Shown: piece after piece, positions 19,765-26,093 of the stretch | How positions within the stretch are numbered: position 1 is the first letter of the stretch | Layout of the letters: the number at the start of each line of letters is the position of its first letter | Source of the DNA: Octopus sinensis | Lineage: Eukaryota | Assembly (NCBI RefSeq): GCF_006345805.1 | Contig: NW_021835639.1 | Span: forward strand, 1-26,093 | Length of the DNA: 26,093 nt | Reading direction: 5' to 3' | Program-made: the position numbers and the translations under genes | Notes under the pieces: generated by a model | What the model was told of the DNA's origin: nothing | The model's input: the letters and a program-made list of their open reading frames with translations, nothing else | Databases searched by the model: none

Positions 19765-19980
19765 TATAATATAATTCGAGACAAAACCACTATTTTAAAA
19801 CCAAACAAGGAAAGACTAATCAATACATAAAAATTTAATATAATTAAATAATTTAATTATTATAATATTATTAATTAATATAATATTATTAATTATTTAA
19901 TTTATATTAAAATTTTATGTATTGATTAAGTCTTTCCTTGTTTTGTTTTAAAATAGGGTTCTGTCTCGAATTATATTATA
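19765..19980. mobile_element. Long AT-rich palindromic (foldback/MITE-like) element
   Basis: tataatataattcgagacaaaaccactattttaaaaccaaacaaggaaagactaatcaatac... is mirrored by ...gtattgattaagtctttccttgttttgttttaaaatagggttctgtctcgaattatattata. Arms of ~90 bp with a handful of differences. Confidence 0.78.
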
Positions 19981-20057
19981 AATATTTACTATAAATTGGA
20001 TTTAACCCTAAATCTGATTTTTCCTTGTAATTTTGGATTCATCCCTAATATTTATTA

Positions 20058-20063
<6 letters not shown>

Positions 20064-20121
<58 letters not shown>
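20064..20121. repeat. (TA)n microsatellite
   Basis: Directly visible. Confidence 0.97.
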
Positions 20122-20125
<4 letters not shown>

Positions 20126-20250
20126 GTAAGTTTGGATTTATATCCCCTCAAATAATTATTAAGTATATATATATGTCTTAGACAAAATGAGATAAAGCCA
20201 AGGGTGTGATGAGTTTTCAGGACATTTATAAGGAAAGAGACATAGATATA

Positions 20251-20298
20251 GTCTTACAACTGTGTCTGGGATTTTATGGATATCCCTTCATCAGAGAC
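20251..20298 (-). ncRNA. Degenerate minimal type-I hammerhead ribozyme motif (Penelope-like-element style)
   Basis: Minus strand GUCU-CUGAUGA-A-GGGAU-AUCCAUAAA-AUCCC-A-GACAC-AGUU-GUA-AGAC. Helix I GUCU/AGAC, helix II GGGAU/AUCCC, one-pair helix III, GUA triplet. GAAA is mutated to GACA. Confidence 0.5.
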
Positions 20299-21980
20299 GA
20301 TGTGAGATGGTTAAATGGAGGTAAATATTTGAGTTAGAAATAAGGAATTATTATGGAAAAGGAGGAGATACGGAATATAGAGGGAAATATGAGAATGAAA
20401 GTAGAAATGAAAATATAAAATATATAAAGCTATTGTAGTTGAAGTTGCATTATTCAAGGAAAGTGGTGTATAGAAGTGGTAAAAAAGTTTCCTGTACACC
20501 TTTGTATATATATATACGCATACATACACACACACTCCCACACATACACACACACACACACATCACTGCATAGACGTATAGTATAGTAGAAAAGGCACAA
20601 AAGAACAGAAATGTTTCGTGATTTTTCAGCAACGTACGTTTCAAATAGAATAACGTTTTAATAAAATTGCAATACAGCATTTAGGTTCATTTAATCGATT
20701 CCATATTTGATCGATTAAAATGCTATTGGGTGGAATTTAAAAACATCAAATCTGCTTATTATATTGTTTAACATTTTAATGGAGTAATTAACAAATCTGG
20801 GTCAACTTGTTCCCTCATTTGTATTTCACCGTTTCACCAATCAAAGGGGCAGGGCGGTATTCTTTATAGACTACTTAGGAAAAGGGAATTGTAATTTGAT
20901 ACCGTGTTCATCCAAGCGTTTGAGGCAGCTAGAGTGATACAAGCAACAGCACTTAGTCCCGGCCACTCCTGTATTTTCACTGACTAATTCATTAACAGAT
21001 AGATCATGGAGTATGTTGGTAATCCTACTCAGTCGATATATTATTCAGGTCGAAAGGAATTCTTTTTTTATCGGCAATATCGCTCACAATGAGAATTACG
21101 AATAAAGTAAGTCAGGCTGGAGCAATAATATTTCGAAGGGGAAAATATTAGGAGTTATTTATATAAATTATTTACTTATTCCTTCTTTAATACGTCTCGG
21201 TCGGTTCAGACTCAAAATATGCGTCTCTGTAATGTACGTGAAAGAAAAACTTCTCTCAACACACTTGGTTCATTGACGCAGTAGATTCTGGGATACCAGT
21301 CTTAATATATGTGTCTCATCAGCGCGATGTAAGCTCGGGCCCTTGTATCTGGCCATGTAGTTGTCCTTTTGTTTAAATTTTCAGCGAACAAATTGTTTTG
21401 TGATAGAAGCTTATATCTGCCAATCGATATAAAATCGTTGTTTGCACCATCAACAGCGAGATCTGGAATGAATATTTGCATATTTATTGATAATGCGTCC
21501 AAGCAGGTTAAGACACAAATTATGCTAGTCATAGTAATGTCTGTCATCGGAGAAAAGCTTATTTCTTTTATGAGAATAAAAGAGAAGCTTTACCGCATTA
21601 GTTAATTAAATGGCAGCTGGTAACCTGAAACTTCGAAATCCCTTACAATCTTTACGTTGTACAAGAATTAACAAATATATATTCTATTAAAACTTATTGA
21701 GCAAACCTCATTTTAATGTTGAGCTGTTAACGTGTGTCCGCGCAAGTTTGCGTGTGTAAAGTTACGATATATAAAGTTGCGAGTTTTCCCTCCTGAAGAG
21801 GTAAGCCGGTTTACGGTGTTTCTATCTGGCCATGTACATGTTGCATAGCCTTGACTTTTTGCACATTCCATTTGTTAATTATGAACATCACGACTATGAC
21901 GTAATTCTCAGCTCCGAGAAACAGCAGTTGAATTATAAAAAAAAAAGCTATATGCATTTGTCCACAGATTTTCTATACCC

Positions 21981-22210
21981 ATTTCTTTACTACCCACAAG
22001 GGGCTAAACACGGAGGGGACAAACAAAGACAGATAAACGGATTAAGTCGATTATATCGACCCCAGTGCGTAACTGGTACTTAATTTATCGACCCCGAAAA
22101 GGTGAAAGGCAAAGTCGACCTCGGCGGAATTTGAACTCAGAACGTAACGGCAGACGAAATATCGCTAAACATTTCGCCCGGCGTGCTAACGTTTCTGCCA
22201 GCTCGCCGCC
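21981..22210 (-). mobile_element. SINE family A, full length, with 11 bp TSD
   Basis: Reverse complement of 2018-2248. ttttctatacc at 21969-21979 and 22212-22222. Confidence 0.95.
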
Positions 22211-22831
22211 CTTTTCTATACCGAGCGTCTCTGGACGCTCATTTGTTTTTGTTTTTGTTTGCGGCAAATTTTCTATCGCTTTGTATAGAATAAGAAAAGG
22301 CAATTAAGAACAGGCTATTTATGTTTAAAAACTTATTTATCATTTACGCTTTCCAAATTTTTTTATATTTCTAAATGTCTGGATGATATGAAATACATTT
22401 CGATTTGAGCCATCACCTGTTTCATCGGCAGCTTTTGTAAAATTACTTGGCTCAGTTTTACTGTTTAACAAGCTCATTGATTGACACCTTCAGGAAAATT
22501 CGCTCTGGTACAATCATTTCGTCAAATCTTCATGTTTAACAATATGGTGTCATTGCTGGACATCGTTAACAAAATTATCATTTGTTTCAGACCTGGTTTT
22601 TTACATTATTTTTCGTACGGACATCGGTTGACCTGCAATTGCTTAAGGTGGCATCAACTAACCAGACACACTGTAGTCCGGGAATGGAGAATGCTCGTAG
22701 ATATCACGAGTAATACTGGTGAGCAGCTAATAAAGATGAAATTTAAATATGCTTGCATTGAATGAGGAAAATACATGACGCCTTCATTTTATTTCGTTGG
22801 CTGGAACTCGTAGAAAGTATAGAAAAAAGAG

Positions 22832-23257
22832 GGATCTTTTCGGTTTGAACGGCAGTTTTTAAAAATAATTTCCACGTAACTAAACACTTTTAAACTTCGT
22901 ATATTGGTAGAATGTGTTTATAAAACATCTTTTTCTCTTGGCTTTATTGAGAAAATTCTATAGTTTGTAAGATATTTGTTGTTTTTTCTTCAATTTCTGC
23001 AATTTCAACCAATCAATGACATCTATTGAAGTGAAAACATTCTGTGCCGTATGAATATGTCCCTCGTTTAAGAAACAGATTGGATTTATTTACATTTGTA
23101 ATGAAAAAAAGATACTCTCCCCCCCCGCCCCTAACCCTATCTAACCCTAACACAAAAACATATTGAAATGCAATAGATCGATACTAGGATCATAATTATG
23201 GGTGACAATTTCATATGACACCGCTAGAAAAAACTGCCATTCAAACCGAAAAGATCC
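22832..23257. mobile_element. MITE copy 3 with short CCCTAA tract
   Basis: TIRs ggatcttttcggtttgaacggcagttttt / aaaaaactgccattcaaaccgaaaagatcc. Flanks aaaaagag (22824-22831) and aaaaagat (23258-23265). Confidence 0.92.
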
Positions 23258-23494
23258 AAAAAGATTTTTAGAAGAGGGAAATCAAACAATGATCTGATTT
23301 CAATAGTTATGTCGGTTGTCGTAGCCGAGTTATTGTTTTTCAGTTTGATAGAGTACTTGAGAAAGAAGTGAATGAGACAAGACAAAACATGTTCAAAAGA
23401 TTATGACAAGTTTAAATTAGTCAGTCTCAGACTTCTAAAATACGTGGAAACCCCCCCCCCCCGATACACCGGACCATTTAAAGTCTGTCTTCAC

Positions 23495-23654
23495 GCACAC
23501 ACACATATACACACATACACACGCACATACAAACACACACATAAACACACGCACGCACGCACACATATTAATGAGCACACACGCACACACCTATCTACAC
23601 ATGCATACGTGTATATTATATGCACCCCTTCATGTCTACGTGTAAATGCGTGTA

Positions 23655-23699
<45 letters not shown>

Positions 23700-23720
23700 A
23701 CATGTGTGTGTGTGAGCGTA
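23495..23720. repeat. (CA)-rich block followed by (TG)-rich block
   Basis: Directly visible. Confidence 0.9.
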
Positions 23721-23909
23721 TATGTACGAGTGAATGAAGTAACGAAAGTAAGCAGTGTTCAATGCAATTACTTGGTGTTTTATGCAAATAATAACAGTCT
23801 GACTCAGTATTTACAATACCTAAAAATACGTGAGGGTAGGATACGTCCACCAAAGTTTAAGTAATGTCAAGTTGAATCAAATTGTTGTTAGATATACTAA
23901 TACAAGCGT

Positions 23910-24025
23910 CCATGCATACATACATACACACATACATACACACACATACACACATACACACATACATACACACATACATACACACATACATAATACATAC
24001 ATACATACAAACATACGTACATATA
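23910..24025. repeat. (CATA)/(CA)n microsatellite
   Basis: Directly visible. Confidence 0.93.
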
Positions 24026-24471
24026 ACTGATTAGGCATTTGTGTAATCATGATATTCTGACAATCTGAAGAGCTCGCTTTTTACATCTGCATTGTTTTGT
24101 AATTTTACAATTGTATTGTGCAACGTGAGGCATGCATGTTGGTACAGACATGTAGAATAATCTATTATACACTGAAATTAATATTACTTGATGAAGGCTG
24201 CGAAACGGCTGTAATCCTACAGATATCAACAGGTTAAATAAACAGATTCAGCTCATGTCTCCTGACTTTTTACTGTCTGTATACTACTCAAGAAATAATT
24301 TCATAGACTGGATCTCCTGGAATTCAGTTACAAACAACCCAGCATCATATTCGTCTTTATTGGGTTACTATGTGGTAAGCTAGCCGCGTCCACTAGAACA
24401 ATTTTTATGCTATTGCCACAGAATATTATGAATCCATATATTGCACTACAAATTATTATTATTACTATTCA

Positions 24472-24668
24472 GGCGGCGAGCTGGTAGAATCGTTAGCACG
24501 CTGGACGAAATACTTAGCGGCATTCGTCCTTCTCTACGTTCTGAGACGCCGAGGTTGCCTTTGTCTTTCATCCTTTCGGGGTCGATAAATTAAGTACCAG
24601 TGAAACATTAGGGTCGATGTAATCGACTAGTCACCTCCCCGAAAATTTCAGGCCTTGCCAATTATAGA
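24472..24668 (+). mobile_element. Degenerate SINE family B
   Basis: ggcggcgagctggtagaatcgttagcacg...tttcatcctttcggggtcgataaattaagtaccag...cctccccgaaaatttcaggccttg; preceded by (ATT)n. Confidence 0.85.
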
Positions 24669-25126
24669 TATAGTCCGTTGGACGGGGATCAGTATAGTTT
24701 CCGCGTTTACTACCTTCATTTAAAAGCTTAAGTCTACACGAAAGGAAGATGCATAAGATGCCAAATAACGCAATTGAATCTGAAATGGAATATCTATGTA
24801 GTGGACTTCTTGACCACAGAGCCATGGCCCTGCACCGACTGAAAGTAAATGAAATTATAACGTAAGACATTTGATATGCAATCACTCTTTCAAAGTGATT
24901 AATTAGTGGAGAGAAAGAAATCAATATCATTGTTTCATTTACGCCTGCACATCCTATTCACAGTGTAAAGTGATCGGTTCCTGTTGAATGTAAAAAGAAA
25001 CCGTTCCGATCCATTATAGAAATCTGATCGTAGAAACGACACGACGGCTGACATGTAATTAAAAGCTTGTGTTTATATAATATATATATATATATATATA
25101 TAATATATATAATAATATATATATAT

Positions 25127-25393
25127 CACTGTGATCACCGTGACCGAACAGGCTATCAGATGTTGCTACACATCGCTGGTCACAATGCGCTTGCATTGTT
25201 TTAGCCTTCAAATGACGCCACCCTGCTGGCTAAGCGAGCAGGCCAACAGAAGAAAGAGTGAGAGAAAGTTGTGGTGAAAGAGTACAGCAGGGATCACCAC
25301 CATCCCCTGCCGGAGCATCGTGGAGCTTTAGGAGTTTTCGCTCAATAAACACTCACAACGCCCGGTCTGGGAATCGAAACCGCGATCCTACGA
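25127..25393 (-). mobile_element. SINE family E, head truncated, between (TA)n and (TATG)/(CA)n microsatellites
   Basis: Colinear with 5870-6146 (caggctatcagatgttgctacacat...gggaatcgaaaccgcga). Confidence 0.9.
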
Positions 25394-26093
25394 TATATGT
25401 ATGTATATATGTATATATACATGTATGTATGTGTGTATACATACACACACGCACAAACACACACACACACACACACACATGCTTACATATCATCAACTAC
25501 ATATAAATAACTTATATACTTCCTGTATTTGCCGGTAAGCTGCTGAAGGCGTGGTGGAGAATAATCTCTCAAAGCGCCGGGTGTGGACAGGCGAGATAAC
25601 TCACCTCTAATCCCATCTAGGAGTGATGGCCATCGCCATTTTTGTGCTAGGTGAACATCGGAGATGTATTATTTCGCCAATCCACGACCTATGTTACACT
25701 AGCTCTGCTTCTAGTTCATATTTCAGTTTATTCTTATGCATTCATTGTAGGGCATACAAGCACATGGTTTGCATGCTATGTGCTCTGCGACCAGTTCGAT
25801 ATCTGACTTTTGATACACTTGTACACCTTTGCAGGCAATGCCAGTTTGATGGATGTAGCGAGCTAATGTACAGCACATACATCTGATTACTACAGATAAA
25901 TCATTTTTTCAGCGATAACTGCGACTCTTACATTTTCTCGATGGGAAATTCTGTCTCACACACACGCACGCGAGCAACCAAGCAAGCATTTCTTTATTCC
26001 GTTCTTCCGTTTATCCATTGAAGCCCATAAAGTTCAGATCGTCGACAAAGAGATGTGAGATACTTCAGGATCCATTTCTATGGCCACTATGTT

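Noticed and set aside
21345-21836. 14 bp direct repeat tatctggccatgta about 480 bp apart, and nearby CTGATGA/CTGAAGA heptamers
   Set aside because: No element structure between the repeats. The heptamers lack a correctly placed GAAA and helices, so they are not hammerheads.
24697-24861. Possible ~55-codon exon ending at a gtaaga donor
   Set aside because: No polypyrimidine tract at the acceptor, no recognisable protein, and no neighbouring exons.
25540-25900. GC-richer stretch with an 87 aa ORF
   Set aside because: No recognisable motif in any frame. Cannot be supported without a search.

Overview
AT-rich, repeat-dense eukaryotic non-genic DNA (intergenic or intronic). No host protein-coding gene, rRNA, true tRNA gene or CRISPR array can be supported. 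The SINE families, microsatellite load and LINE types look like an octopus/cephalopod genome (inference from pattern recognition, no search run). Contents: (i) about 12 tRNA-derived SINE copies or fragments from three head families with interchangeable 3' modules; (ii) three copies of a ~420-440 bp TIR MITE carrying internal (CCCTAA)n; (iii) a decayed Buster/Charlie-type hAT transposase split by a SINE; (iv) a ~470 bp degenerate interstitial (TTAGGG)n array; (v) a 9.4-17.5 kb cluster of R4/Dong-clade RLE non-LTR retrotransposon fragments chained through (TAA)n microsatellites; (vi) two long hairpin elements; (vii) a degenerate minimal type-I hammerhead ribozyme motif. The most unusual structures are an R4/Dong copy with an L1-style twin-priming 5' inversion (11304-13095), an R4/Dong copy split by a 2.68 kb segment bracketed by an 89 bp direct repeat (13140-17029), and the hammerhead motif (20251-20298). 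Most ORFs in the supplied track are microsatellite or antisense artefacts. All alignments were done by eye, so boundaries are approximate to a few bp unless stated.
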